DNA from: Octopus bimaculoides
Lineage: Eukaryota
Length of the DNA stretch: 38,301 bases
Direction: 5' to 3'
NCBI RefSeq assembly: GCF_001194135.2
Contig: NC_068995.1
Coordinates: forward strand, 44,198,928 to 44,237,228
The notes beneath the pieces are model-generated. The model did not search any database, was not told the origin of the DNA, and was given only the letters and a program-made list of their open reading frames with translations. Both the position numbers and the translations under genes were made by a program. This document shows positions 11,417 to 23,058 of this stretch, piece after piece. Numbering within the stretch: position 1 is the stretch's first letter; each line of letters starts with the position of its first letter.

Positions 11417-12687
11417 CAGAAGGTGTTCATTAAAGATTTCCCCTGACCTACTTCCCAAGGACTGAGATAAACTATACTTGGCATAATTGTTAGTCCTTCT
11501 CTACATTGCCACCACCAATGGTGACATACTTCTCCCATCGATTTATGCAGCTGTGAAGACCTCATCTCTAGAAGTCGGTGGGTTGCGTCTGGAACCTCAG
11601 AAATAAGTTCATCATCCGAAATGTGCTTCCCCTTCAAAAAAGACTTCATGGTTGGAATGAGGTGGAGGTCAGATGGTACGAGGTCGGAATAGTAAACAGG
11701 ATGACGAAGGATTTCATAGCCGCAAGAGGGTGTTTCCATCTGGACAACATGCGCATTGTGAACTGGGGCGTTGTCTTGGAGGAGGCGGACTCCTTTGATC
11801 AGCATCCCACGCCTCTTTGCTTTGATGGCGTCCCGCATTTTCTGCAGCAGAGAAGCAAAATATGCCCCGTTAATTATGGTGCCTTTTGCCAGAAAATCCA
11901 TCGTCAATACTCCGCGCTGGTTCCAACAAACTGTGAGCATTACCTTGCCTGTTGAGGGCTGGACGCGACCTTCTTTGAAGGTGGTGAATTAACATGCTTC
12001 CATTGCTTCGACTGGACTTTAGTCTCAAGACCATAGTGATGGACTCATGTTTTGTCCTGTGTGATAAGTCTACCGAAAAAGTCCTCCTCATTTTCTTGGC
12101 ACATTGCCAAAAGAGCTTGGGTGCAATTGATCGTTTCTGCTTCTGGAAAGGTGTGAGCATCCGGGAAATCCATCATGCAGATAACTTCCGCATGTGAAAA
12201 TGATCGTGAATGTTTTTTTGTTTTTTTTTTCACGGATCCTACACTTATCTTCATTTCTTGGGCTAGTTGCCGAATACTTATGCGGTGATCTTCCAAAATG
12301 GCGGCTTCCACTTTATGGATGGTGTCGTCATCAATGGCGGAATGTGGTCGTCCAGGAATGAGAGCAGTTTCCACCGATGTCCGACCACATTTGAACTGGC
12401 CATGCCAGTGCTTAACTACGTCGTGTGATGGTGCATCGTGTCCATAAACTTTCTTCATCTCATCGAAAGTTTCTTTTGGTGTACGACCTTTCAAGTATAA
12501 GAACATGATCTGCATTCAGCTGCCTCCATTAGAACACCTTAGTCCACTTCAGCAGCCGTAAAAGAAAAAACAAATACTAGTGGAAAGCTGAAATTTACAA
12601 TGTGACATGTAGAAACATGTATGATTATACCTGTACAAGTTCCATTTTCTGCAATAACAGGGAAAATCTTTAATGAATAACTCCTTG
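11417..12687 (-). mobile_element. Full-length (1271 bp) mariner element with both TIRs and a TA target duplication
   Basis: TA at 11415-16 precedes CAGAAGGTGTTCATTAAAGATTTCCC; the other end is GGGAAAATCTTTAATGAATAACTCCTTG followed by TA at 12688-89. These are imperfect inverted repeats enclosing a disrupted transposase. Confidence 0.97.
11490..12529 (-). pseudogene. Disrupted mariner DD34D-type transposase (about 345 codons, several frameshifts)
   Basis: ATG at 12529. Motifs include the HTH region APSHDVVKHW..FKCGRTS..PGRP, linker WISRML (WVPHEL-like), ITQDKT, LLQDNAPVH, HPVYYSDLVPSDLHL and the end GGGNVEKD*. One frameshift lies at an expanded A-run near 12213-12230. Confidence 0.93.
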
Positions 12688-15025
12688 TAACTTCTACTAT
12701 AGCTTCGGCTTGACCTAACTTTTATGAGTGAAATTTGATAGGCGTAAGTGAAACAGCCCATTGCATGTGTTTTTAACACTTAGAACAGAAATGGAAACTT
12801 TCGGTATGACCTGAAGCTAAATCGTTATATTTCTTTATCAATATAATAATTACGAATATTCATACACGATGCCTGCAGTTGAAGAAGTTGCAATCTTGCA
12901 TCTTTTATGTAATTTTCTAAAGCATTTGTTGTGCAATCAGCAGAGCAATTTCTAAAGCATTTGTCCGTATAACCAAAACAGGAATTCGACATATGATGAT
13001 GTGTCTAATAGATCGAATAATGTTATAGTACCGTTACGCACGAATAACAACGACCTACGTTGAAACAGGTTACGACAATAATTAGTATGAGATATTCTCG
13101 TGTGTTCTACAGCAAATCTGTTCAGTAAGTTTCCTGCTATAAAACTTCCAGTATTAACCTCGGCTGAGTACACTGCAGCTGTAATTGAATACTTTCCCGA
13201 CAGAACTAAAAACAAAGCACTTAAAAAAGAGTTCATTATGGAAAATTTTGTGTCACAAGAAAGAATATACACGCACATATATATACATGCACATACATAT
13301 ACACGCACATAAATATGCATGCACATAAATATACATGCACATACATACATTGACACATAGACACGTTTCGTTTCCTTTCATAGTATCTAATTTTTAATCT
13401 TCATGTATATTCCCATGAGTTCCAACCACGACCATCTAAGCGAAGAATAAACCACTTGATCTCTCATTATCCTCTATACTGAAAAACAATATTCCCACAC
13501 ATGTATATTATTGATTCGTGGGAAATAAATGGTTGAAGAGATATATAAATTCCAACATTGATTCTCAACCTTTCTATAAGAATCTCGATTCTTGCCAAAT
13601 GCAAAACAGCATCTTTATCTTGTGAAGCTACATATTACAATGATTTGAAACATCATAGATTCCATCTACGTTAGTTTTACCTCAATTACTCTGTCAGATT
13701 GGATCAGGCAATCGTGAAATTTCCTTCTGGGTGTGACAGATCATCAGCAATAATTTTTCTGCCTGAGAAATGATGGTCTCTACTACCAAGACTGTCNNNN
13801 NNNNNNNNNNNNNNNNNNNNNNNNNNNNNNNNNNNNNNNNNNNNNNNNNNNNNNNNNNNNNNNNNNNNNNNNNNNNNNNNNNNNNNNNNNNNNNNNNNNN
13901 NNNNNNNNNNNNNNNNNNNNNNNNNNNNNNNNNNNNNNNNNNNNNNNNNNNNNNNNNNNNNNNNNNNNNNNNNNNNNNNNNNNNNNNNNNNNNNNNNNNN
14001 NNNNNNNNNNNNNNNNNNNNNNNNNNNNNNNNNNNNNNNNNNNNNNNNNNNNNNNNNNNNNNNNNNNNNNNNNNNNNNNNNNNNNNNNNNNNNNNNNNNN
14101 NNNNNNNNNNNNNNNNNNNNNNNNNNNNNNNNNNNNNNNNNNNNNNNNNNNNNNNNNNNNNATTAAGATGGTAGGGTACTATGTTAGCAATCACTATATA
14201 AAATATCAAGAATTAATTCATCAAAAGACCAAAAGACCAAACAAGCGGTTGATGTTGGTTTTGAGAATTTTTCTTTAAATCAGGGAAAATGAAAATATTT
14301 TATACAGAAATTACAATTAACACTTCAAAAACAATGGAGAGGAAAAATAAATGAATGATAGACCGTTGTTTGATAATTTTGATGTCATATTATAAACTTT
14401 TTGCATCATTCTCATTAACACCCACACTTTCTGTTACTTCATTGTCCTTTTGTTTCAAAAACGCTTCACCATTTCTCTCTCATTTATCCTTGTCCTCTTT
14501 TCCTCATCTTTGAATCCTAATGAATGTCTATTGGAAACTATGTCCTTGAAATCTTTAAATAAAACTTATTTCAAAGAACTGTGCACATGTTTATACAAAT
14601 TATAATATTTACAAGTAAACAAAGAATAAAGATATGTGTGTGTATACAGATGTGAGTGTGTGTGCATATAGATGTGTGTATTTCAGTGTGTTTGTGTGTG
14701 AGAAATCGTGTGTGTATAACTTTTCAAATTATTTATAATGAAGCTGCCAAGTCATCACCACCACCCCTAACATCGACAGATCAAAGACGAACGTAACTTC
14801 AATTTGTCATAAACACACATTGTTATGGAAACAGTCGCTTTTTCGCACAATAATGTCGGAAAGAACACCCGATTCTAAAATTGAACAACAAAATATTTGG
14901 AATAAACAAACTACACAATAAAATATCTCGCATATTTAGATATCAACTGGAATACAGACCGTAAACACAAATAGATAGATAGAGAGAGATAAGCATATAG
15001 TTATGGATTCATACGCATACATATA

Positions 15026-15455
15026 GGCATTGGCGTGACTGTGTGATAAGAAGCTTGTTTCCCAGGTACATGGTTCCGGGTTCAGTCCCACCGCATGGTA
15101 CCTTGGACAATTTTTTCTGCTTATACCCTCGGGTCGACCAAAGCCTTGTGAATAGATCTCGTAGATGGAAACTGAAAGAAGCCCGTCAAGTGTGTGTATG
15201 TATGTATGTATGTATGTATGTATGTATGTATTTGTGTGTGTCTGTATCTTTGCGTCTGTGTTTGTACCCCCACCACCGCTTGAGAACTGGCGTTGGTGTT
15301 TATCCCCGTAACCTAGCGGTTCGGTAAAAGATATCACCGGAATAAGTACCAAACTCAAAAAATAAGTACTGGAGTATATTCAATCGACTAAAAAATTCAA
15401 GGTAGTGCTCTAGCATGACTGCAGTCAAATGACTGAACACGTAAAAGATAAAAGA
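15026..15455 (+). mobile_element. tRNA-derived SINE, family B, near full length with internal (GTAT)n
   Basis: Head TGTGTGATAAGAAGCTTG...GGTTCCGGGTTCAGTCCC (B-box-like), body GGAAACTGAAAGAAGCCCGTC and tail GCAGTCAAATGACTGAA..GTAAAAGA; homologous to the copies at 16265, 19985 and 35563. Confidence 0.9.
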
Positions 15456-16070
15456 AATATCTCATAAAAAATAGAATGTGTTATAAACCTTAAATAGACT
15501 AAATGATAAACATTATGAGCACTAATTTGAGATCACCATTGTCCCCTAACGAGACTGAAACCATGTACATACACATACACACACGCCCGTGTGTGTATGC
15601 GTATGTGCTGTCCCAATCAATAGCTTTATTGAGAGCATTACATGGCGTTTTAAATAAGCTTTCGTACACATAACTATATGGAGAAAATGGCAAAGAGGAA
15701 GATCGTAGCTAATATCAAAGCTACAGAGTGGCAAGTCTCTTTGTGTATTGATCATTAAATTTACAGTGCTGTCTGTAGAAATTGTGAGATATTTTGAATC
15801 TCCAATCTTAGATGTTTCATCTATGGATTCTGAGGAGACTTGAGTGAGTACATATTTTCAAAATGTAATTTCGAATTTATCAGTAAATGACTTGATTAAG
15901 AACCTAAAATAAAATGATTAATTAGTAAGACAATTAAAATAATAATCACATTATCGGAATACTATTTATACACCAAGCAAATATCTCACTACAATTTCCG
16001 TTCTGCACATTATATTGCAAATATTGGATTCTTTGTATCTGCCATTAAATACGATCGATTTGTTTTAATT

Positions 16071-16260
16071 TGCCAGAATCTTAGGGCGATGGGAAAATGC
16101 TTTGTTACACTCTCATTAAGTTCTAAATTCGGATCACGCCGACTTTACCTTTCCTTTCGTTCGGAGTTGATAAAAGTGAAATGCTAGTCAAGTACTGGGG
16201 TTAATTTTATTGACTAATTCTCCCCAGGTATTTGAAGTATTGTGCTTATGTTAGAAATAT
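16071..16260 (+). mobile_element. tRNA-derived SINE, family A, diverged
   Basis: Aligns by eye with the 16578-16773 copy (GCCAGAATC..., GACTTTACCTTTC...GATAAAAG...AGTACTGGGG). Confidence 0.75.
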
Positions 16261-16264
16261 GCAA

Positions 16265-16575
16265 CCAGGCTGTGTGGTAAGCTGTTATATAACCATATGG
16301 TTCTGGGTTCAGTCCCACTGCGTTCTACCTTGGGCAATTTTTCTGTTATAAACTCGGGTCGACCAAAGCTTTGTGAGTGGGTTTCGTATACGGAAACTGA
16401 AAGAAGCCCGTCGTGTGTGTGTGAGAGAGAGATAGAGTATCTGTCCCCCTCCACCGCTTGACAACCTGTGTTGGTATGTTTATATCCTCGTAACTTAGCT
16501 GTTTGAAAAAAGAGACCGATTGAATATGTGCCATATAAAATAAGTCCTGAAGTTGATTAGTTCGACCAAAATTCC
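16265..16575 (+). mobile_element. tRNA-derived SINE, family B
   Basis: GGCTGTGTGGTAAG...GGTTCTGGGTTCAGTCCCACTGCG...GGAAACTGAAAGAAGCCCGTCG...AAGAGACCGAT. Confidence 0.9.
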
Positions 16576-16577
16576 TC

Positions 16578-16773
16578 TGGCAAAATAATTAGCACGTCGG
16601 GTAAAATGCTTAGCGGGATTTCGTCCGTCTTCACGATCTGAATTTAAATTCCGATGAAGTCGACTTTATCTTCCATCTTTTCGATAAAGTAAGTACCAGT
16701 TGAGAACTAGGATCGATGTAATTGACTTAGCTCCACACCCAAGATTGCCGGTCTTGTGCCAAAATTTGAAACC
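16578..16773 (+). mobile_element. tRNA-derived SINE, family A
   Basis: TTAGCACGTCGGGTAAAATGCTTAGCGG...GTCGACTTT...GATAAAGTAAGTACCAGTTGAG...CTTGTGCCAAAATTTGAAACC. Confidence 0.88.
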
Positions 16774-17054
16774 GGTATGTGACACCTCGCTTCTTTAATA
16801 GAAACCGTTATTATTCTTGTGGCATCAACAAACTGTTTCGATTCACTTGAGTCATATTCTTGGCAATAACATATGTTAATTCCTCCCGACCCCACCCTGC
16901 TCTTTCTTTGGAAGTAAATTAGGTTTCCTGGAAAAAAATCAAGGTCAGTTTTCAATGCCAAAAATGTGAAATATTAGAAGAGAAGGGAGCCGGATGTCTG
17001 AACCGATGCATAATTGGTGTGGTAGAGATATTTCGCACTCGACACTATTCAGTT

Positions 17055-17293
17055 AAGGTTAACGAACCGGTAGGATAGATCGAGAGACGGGTAAATACGT
17101 TGCAGTACTTTATGGATCTTTACATTCTAGGTTCAAATCCCGTAGAGGTCAGCATAGAGGTCAGCGTAGAGGTCATTCATCCTTTCAGGACAGATAAAAT
17201 ATATTACCAGTCAAGCATTGGAGTCGATTTCGTCGACTGACTGCCACCCTCTGTAAATAAAACTAAGACTTTATGCTTGTGTAAGAAATGATT
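17055..17293 (+). mobile_element. tRNA-derived SINE, family A variant with internal 12-bp triplication
   Basis: GGTTCAAATCCC B-box; (G/A)TAGAGGTCAGC about 3 times at 17142-17175; TTCATCCTTTCAGGACAGATAAAATA..TACCAGTC. Confidence 0.8.
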
Positions 17294-17582
17294 TGATACA
17301 TTCGTCTCACTATTTTGTTCATGAAAATTTAAGATTAGAGCTTGTGTTGAGTCATTATAAAGATGAATAAATACAGAGAGAGAAGATTAGTTCTAATTTG
17401 ATCTTGCTTTAAATACGATTAATATTATATCCGTGCATTTGTAAAGACATGACTGCTAATCTAAACATCACTTTAAAATCATTACTGCTACTACAACTAT
17501 ATACAAAAAGTGGTAAGAAGTATAGATAAAAATAATAAGATATAGAAAGACATTTCTTTTAAAAATTCATATTTTCTACATC

Positions 17583-18075
17583 CTTGACACCAAACTCAAA
17601 GCTAAATTAACTAATTTAACACCTCATAGTAACTTTGAGATGATTAAAAGAACCCTTTCTTTAAATTATAAACCTATCAGAAGACCTTTCATTAACCCTA
17701 TTAAATTTTATAATCCCAATACTAGAAATTTTAATAAACATACTCCCTCAATGCCCAAACAACCGGATGGGGTAACTCACTCTAAATCTAGAAAAAGATA
17801 ACGATATGGTTTGTCCTCCTTTTTCGCTAAGAGTTAAAAATCTACCAAAAAAGACTTCAAAATTCTCTACTGGGGGGAGCGGTGCAACAATAAAGCCTAC
17901 AACGGCTTTGACAAGTTCAGTTTTTCAACATACAACAAATAACAACTACCAAACTGGCTTCACACAAACAATTCCTGTCTCCCGGCACCGGAAAACAGCA
18001 CAAAAAATGTTCAAAGCTCAACAATTCAACAATGTTTAACAACGGTACACAGTTAATAAATCCAACAAAAAACAA
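17583..18075 (+). mobile_element. Possible degenerate retroelement ORF (PLE-like N-terminal region?)
   Basis: A basic N/K/P-rich frame LDTKLKAKLTNL...RRPFINPIKFYNPNTRNF...SKSRKR* runs toward a gap. No diagnostic catalytic motif is present, so the family assignment is a guess. Confidence 0.25.
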
Positions 18076-18695
18076 NNNNNNNNNNNNNNNNNNNNNNNNN
18101 NNNNNNNNNNNNNNNNNNNNNNNNNNNNNNNNNNNNNNNNNNNNNNNNNNNNNNNNNNNNNNNNNNNNNNNNNNNNNNNNNNNNNNNNNNNNNNNNNNNN
18201 NNNNNNNNNNNNNNNNNNNNNNNNNNNNNNNNNNNNNNNNNNNNNNNNNNNNNNNNNNNNNNNNNNNNNNNNNNNNNNNNNNNNNNNNNNNNNNNNNNNN
18301 NNNNNNNNNNNNNNNNNNNNNNNNNNNNNNNNNNNNNNNNNNNNNNNNNNNNNNNNNNNNNNNNNNNNNNNNNNNNNNNNNNNNNNNNNNNNNNNNNNNN
18401 NNNNNNNNNNNNNNNNNNNNNNNNNNNNNNNNNNNNNNNNNNNNNNNNNNNNNNNNNNNNNNNNNNNNNNNNNNNNNNNNNNNNNNNNNNNNNNNNNNNN
18501 NNNNNNNNNNNNNNNNNNNNNNNNNNNNNNNNNNNNNNNNNNNNNNNNNNNNNNNNNNNNNNNNNNNNNNNNNNNNNNNNNNNNNNNNNNNNNNNNNNNN
18601 NNNNNNNNNNNNNNNNNNNNNNNNNNNNNNNNNNNNNNNNNNNNNNNNNNNNNNNNNNNNNNNNNNNNNNNNNNNNNNNNNNNNNNNNNNNNNNN

Positions 18696-18809
18696 AGCAA
18701 GCTACTTGGTAAGCAAGCTACTTGGTGAGCAAGCTACTTGGTGAGCAAGCTACTTGGTGAGCAAGCTACTTGGTAAGCAAGTTACTTACCACACAGCCAC
18801 TCCTGCGCC
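18696..18809 (-). mobile_element. Family B SINE 5' head whose 16-bp segment is amplified into a minisatellite (at least 5 copies, running into a gap)
   Basis: The reverse complement reads GGCGCAGGAGTGGCTGTGTGGTAAGTAACTTGCT followed by (T/C)ACCAAGTAGCTTGCT repeats; the intact head is at 19985-20040. Confidence 0.92.
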
Positions 18810-18889
18810 TATATTTGAGAAAACACCATTTTAAACCAGAATATCATTCTTGGACACTCCAACATTTACACACCATCAAAACCATCATT

Positions 18890-18920
18890 TCTTCTTCTTC
18901 TTCTTCTTCTTCTTCTTCTT

Positions 18921-18951
<31 letters not shown>

Positions 18952-18986
18952 GATAGATAGATAGATAGATAGATAGACAGATAGAC

Positions 18987-19033
<47 letters not shown>

Positions 19034-19034
19034 C
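18890..19034. repeat. (CTT)n followed by (AGAT)n microsatellites
   Basis: Direct reading; this explains the poly-S, poly-R and poly-K ORFs. Confidence 0.96.
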
Positions 19035-19984
19035 NNNNNNNNNNNNNNNNNNNNNNNNNNNNNNNNNNNNNNNNNNNNNNNNNNNNNNNNNNNNNNNNNN
19101 NNNNNNNNNNNNNNNNNNNNNNNNNNNNNNNNNNNNNNNNNNNNNNNNNNNNNNNNNNNNNNNNNNNNNNNNNNNNNNNNNNNNNNNNNNNNNNNNNNNN
19201 NNNNNNNNNNNNNNNNNNNNNNNNNNNNNNNNNNNNNNNNNNNNNTGTGTGCGTGTGCTATTTCCTGATATGTAACAAGAAATGTTGGAAAAACTCCTGT
19301 CTTCAATGAGCAATCGCATTCCAAATTTCCTTAACTTCTCTCCATTTTTATTTCTCTTTCATTTTCTTGCGTAATTTCATACACCTTTTTTTTTCTTTAT
19401 TCTTTTTCCAGATTTAATTTTATTTCATGAGTTTTCTATTCCATAATATTATGAGATTTTTCTGGAAATTAATTTTCGTGTAACATGAAGCCTGGAGTTA
19501 ATCGAAAGTTTAGATGAATTCCTTCTGTGGACGTTTTTTTTCCTGTCACATTTTTTTTTCTTTTTTCGTCTTCTAGTTTCGAGTCATCCAGACATTGGGA
19601 AAATAACTGAGACGCTTTATTCTTCTTCCATTTAATAACGTGACTTTAAATATTAGCGTTTCTATAACAAAAATATGGTAATCATCATTGGAAGTTGAGG
19701 GTATTTTATATTCCAAGCCGGCTGTAGCAGTCAAAATATTATCGCCCCGACATCTGTTGAATTCTTTCATAGGTTTCAGTAGAGACAGCGTGCGTGGTTA
19801 ATTAAAAATAAGCTTACAGGTGTACATGCATAATAGACCATGTGGGTAAGCTACGAGACTCCCTCTACACAACAAAACTAAAAAGAAATGAATGGTTTCG
19901 CCTGGTCATTGCCCGCTCATCAGTAATGTTTATTTCGCTCTAGAACTACATATTCTGAAAAATAAAAGAAAATCTGCACATATA

Positions 19985-20115
19985 GGCGTAGGAGTGGCTG
20001 TGTGGTAAGTAGCTTGCTTACCAACCACATGGTCCCGGGTAACTTAGTAATTCGGCAAAAGAGACCGATAGAATATTAGGCTTACAAAGAATAAGTCCTG
20101 GGGTCGATTTGTTCG
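19985..20115 (+). mobile_element. Family B SINE with a large internal deletion
   Basis: The head GGCGTAGGAGTGGCTGTGTGGTAAGTAGCTTGCTTACCAACCACATGGTCCCGGGT joins at 20040/20041 to AACTTAG..TTCGGCAAAAGAGACCGATAGAATA, which lies more than 200 bp downstream in the copies at 15026 and 16265. Confidence 0.92.
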
Positions 20116-20125
20116 TTTAGGTGTT

Positions 20126-20163
<38 letters not shown>

Positions 20164-20848
20164 GAAATGTGCGTGTCTAAAACATTATACTCTGCTTGGT
20201 TTTATATATCTATGCGTGTGTTACCAACCACATCAACACCACTAGCAAAACTACCAGCAACAACACACCGATGGCAAAAACAACAACAACTACAACAGTA
20301 ACTATGGTAACGGCATTTGTGAAATGTCTGAAAGGAAACCAGCTTTTACATCTCTTACGATCCGTATTTTTGGTTTGTATTTTTCCATTTAATTAACTTT
20401 ATTGTTCCATATGTTTCCTTCTACCAGATTTTCATTCTTTTTTCTTTATTCATTCCAAACTTTTCTTTTATTTTTATTTTATTTTATTTTTTTTTTTTTT
20501 AAGTTTGTTTTGGAGTGAAGGTTCCAACATTTTTATTCTTTGTCTTATTTTGTTTTGCGTTAATCCTTTAAATTTGTTTGCATGACACATGAGTTACTTG
20601 CACTTGTCACTTCCCCCGACATTCATAAATAACCCGTATGTAGACAGGCAGACACACACACAGTCATCCATCCATCCATCCATACATACATACATACATA
20701 CATACATACTACATATAAACAAACACATGCGTAGATGCAAACATAAATATATACTTATTTGCATACGCTTCATCACTGTACATTCAGACATACATAAATA
20801 CGTACGTGCATACATATACACATACATAAATACATACGTGCATACATA

Positions 20849-20906
20849 TGTGGTCTGATCAATAAGTATCCGGACTGTTGCCGTTGTAACGAAGCTAAAG
20901 CTTTCT
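20849..20906 (+). mobile_element. Mariner/MITE terminal stub (TIR only)
   Basis: TA at 20847-48 followed by TGTGGTCTGATCAATAAGTATCCGGACTGTTGCC, a mariner-type TIR similar in style to the TIR ending at 8151. It is cut off by the LINE. Confidence 0.6.
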
Positions 20907-22590
20907 ATAAAGCCCTTGTCATTCATGTTAAAGACGTCTCATGGATATCTCACTGGTTCACAAAGAAACAGAAATGCCAAAATTACACACTGTTTCTTTG
21001 TAGATGACTTTAAAATTTATGCAAAGAATATGCATGAGATGAAAAAAGCCTTGACCTAGTTGGAGTTTGGTCGGGATAAATGTTGTTATATGGTTGTTAA
21101 AGGGGAGAAAAATATAAACCAGACTAGTAGCATCTCCATCAAGGATTTGACTGTTTCCCCTGTATCTGACGAGGAATGTTACCGGTATCTAGGGGTGGAT
21201 GAAAATATATCTTACAGTAGCACCTGTAGCAAAGTACGTGTCACTAAAGAATATTACAGCCGAATAAAGAAAATTTGGACTTCAGAACTCTCTGCATTCA
21301 ATAAGACGGTGGACCACAATACGTTTGCCGTGCCAGTAGTCATACAAAGATTTGGCCTGTTTGATTGGACGCTTGATGAGATCCGAGCCATTGATGTGAA
21401 AACCCGTAAAACACTAACAAGCACACATAATTTCCACATTAACGGTGACGTAGACTACCACTGCATAAAACAAAAACAAGGCACCAGAGGTTTAACATTG
21501 GTCCATAATGCCTTTGAATGTCGCATCATATACCTTCGACAACATCTTTTAACCACCACTTGCCGAAGTTCATCCCTTGACCAAGTTTGCATACATGAGG
21601 CTGATAACATCATAACACTTGGAACGCAGCTCCTTGAGCAACACTCTTTGTCTGATAACCTAAAATACATGCCAAAAGAAGTCGCACGACTCTACTGCAA
21701 GGTATCATTAGATAAAAGGATGAGCCTATATGTATAGAAAATATGCTAGTAGAAAGCTCCGAGGTGATAGTAACATCGGCCATCAAAGCAGTTTATCATG
21801 GACCAATAACCGGATTACTACCTCTCACTTTGAAGGGTATGCGTTTGCAATCCAGGAACAGGGAATATCAACCAAGTACCTGATGCACAAAAGGGATAGA
21901 GATGCAGGAAAAGCAGTAAAATATGACAACCGATGCAGACTTTGTGGAGTTCACACTGAAGATATCACCCACATCATAAGCAGGTGTCAAAAATGTCATC
22001 ACAGAATTATCTACCGATGAGACATGACGTTGTTGCTAGGGCATTCTATAATGAAATCTGTAGGAAGGATAATCCCGAGGACAAATATATAAGAACCCAC
22101 AATATGGTAGAAACCATAGCCATTCATAATAAAAAAGAATACTGGTGGAATGTAACAGTGAAAACCTCAATAAAATGTAAGCACAACAGACCTGATATAA
22201 TGATTTGGGATTGAGAAGAGAAACTATGCACGGTTGTGGAAATTAGCTGCCCAGCGGATGTTAACATAAAGTTGTAGATCAGTGAAGATGAGAACACTTA
22301 CGCCGAACTATTGAGAAATCTGCAGTTACTCTGTCTAGATTACAAGTTCGGATTTATACCTGTAATTATTGGAGCCCTGGGGTATGTAACACACTGCCTA
22401 AAAACCATCTCGAGAAATTAAGCTTCTCAAGACCAGAATAGAGAAAGCTAATTCGAAGGCTACAGATTTAATCCATCACTGGAACTGTAAAACTCAGTAA
22501 AAGTTTCCAGAAGTTTATCATTTAAATATATACGAGCTTGTGTAGATATACAACTATATGCATGAGAATACATACATAAAACATATAAAT
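20907..22590 (+). mobile_element. 5'-truncated R4/Dong-like non-LTR retrotransposon (RT C-terminal half, CCHC knuckle, RLE endonuclease), degenerate
   Basis: ITHCFFVDDFKIYA (RT catalytic motif, about 20985-21025), EFGRDKC, YRYLGV, CRLCGVHTEDITHIISRC (21934-21987), RHDVVARAF and HNRPDIMIWD...VEISCP (PD..E-type nuclease), ending ...SKSFQKFII* at about 22524, then a short 3' UTR and (CATA)n. It carries several stops and frameshifts. Confidence 0.93.
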
Positions 22591-23058
22591 CTGCACATAC
22601 ATACATACAGACATACATACATACATACATACAGACATACATACATACATGCATACAGACATACATACATACATACAGACATACATACATACATACATAC
22701 AGACAGACAGACATACATACAGACATATATACATACATACAGACATACATACATACATACAGACATACATACATAATACATACATACAGACATACATACA
22801 GACATACATACATACATACAGACATACATACATACATACATACATACATACAGACAGACATACATACATACAGACATACATGCATACATACATACATACA
22901 GACAGACATACATACATACAGACAGACATACATACAGACATACATACAGACATACATGCATACATACATACATACATACATACATACATACATACATACA
23001 TACATACAGACATACATACATACATACATACATACATACATACATACATACATACATA
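22586..23058. repeat. About 470-bp (CATA)n array with interspersed CAGA variants
   Basis: Direct reading; this explains the MYVC and HTYI ORFs. Confidence 0.97.

Noticed and set aside
13113-13124. Possible 12-nt microexon (TTCTACAG|CAAATCTGTTCA|GTAAGT), and similar ones near 31.74 and 31.84 kb
   Set aside because: Such short AG..GT pairs are expected by chance and have no supporting context.
12952-13356. Minus ORF containing LVLSGKYSITAAVYSAEVNTG, resembling the SLC22/MFS motif GKFGITAAF..YVYTAELFPT..RNTG
   Set aside because: The match needs two separate 5-6 aa deletions, the downstream sequence does not fit, and no bounding splice sites were found. It is likely chance; a tBLASTn would settle it.
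13694-13796. SGRKIIADDL on the minus strand resembling a piggyBac catalytic motif
   Set aside because: A single short motif at a gap edge, with no TTAA or TIR seen.
19577-19677. Strong pyrimidine tract plus AG and a later GTAATC donor
   Set aside because: All three phases contain stops, the T-rich tract is part of a broad low-complexity region, and the donor is mediocre.
15026-20040. tRNA genes suggested by GGTTC B-box motifs
   Set aside because: These are SINE heads without a complete cloverleaf or anticodon arm.
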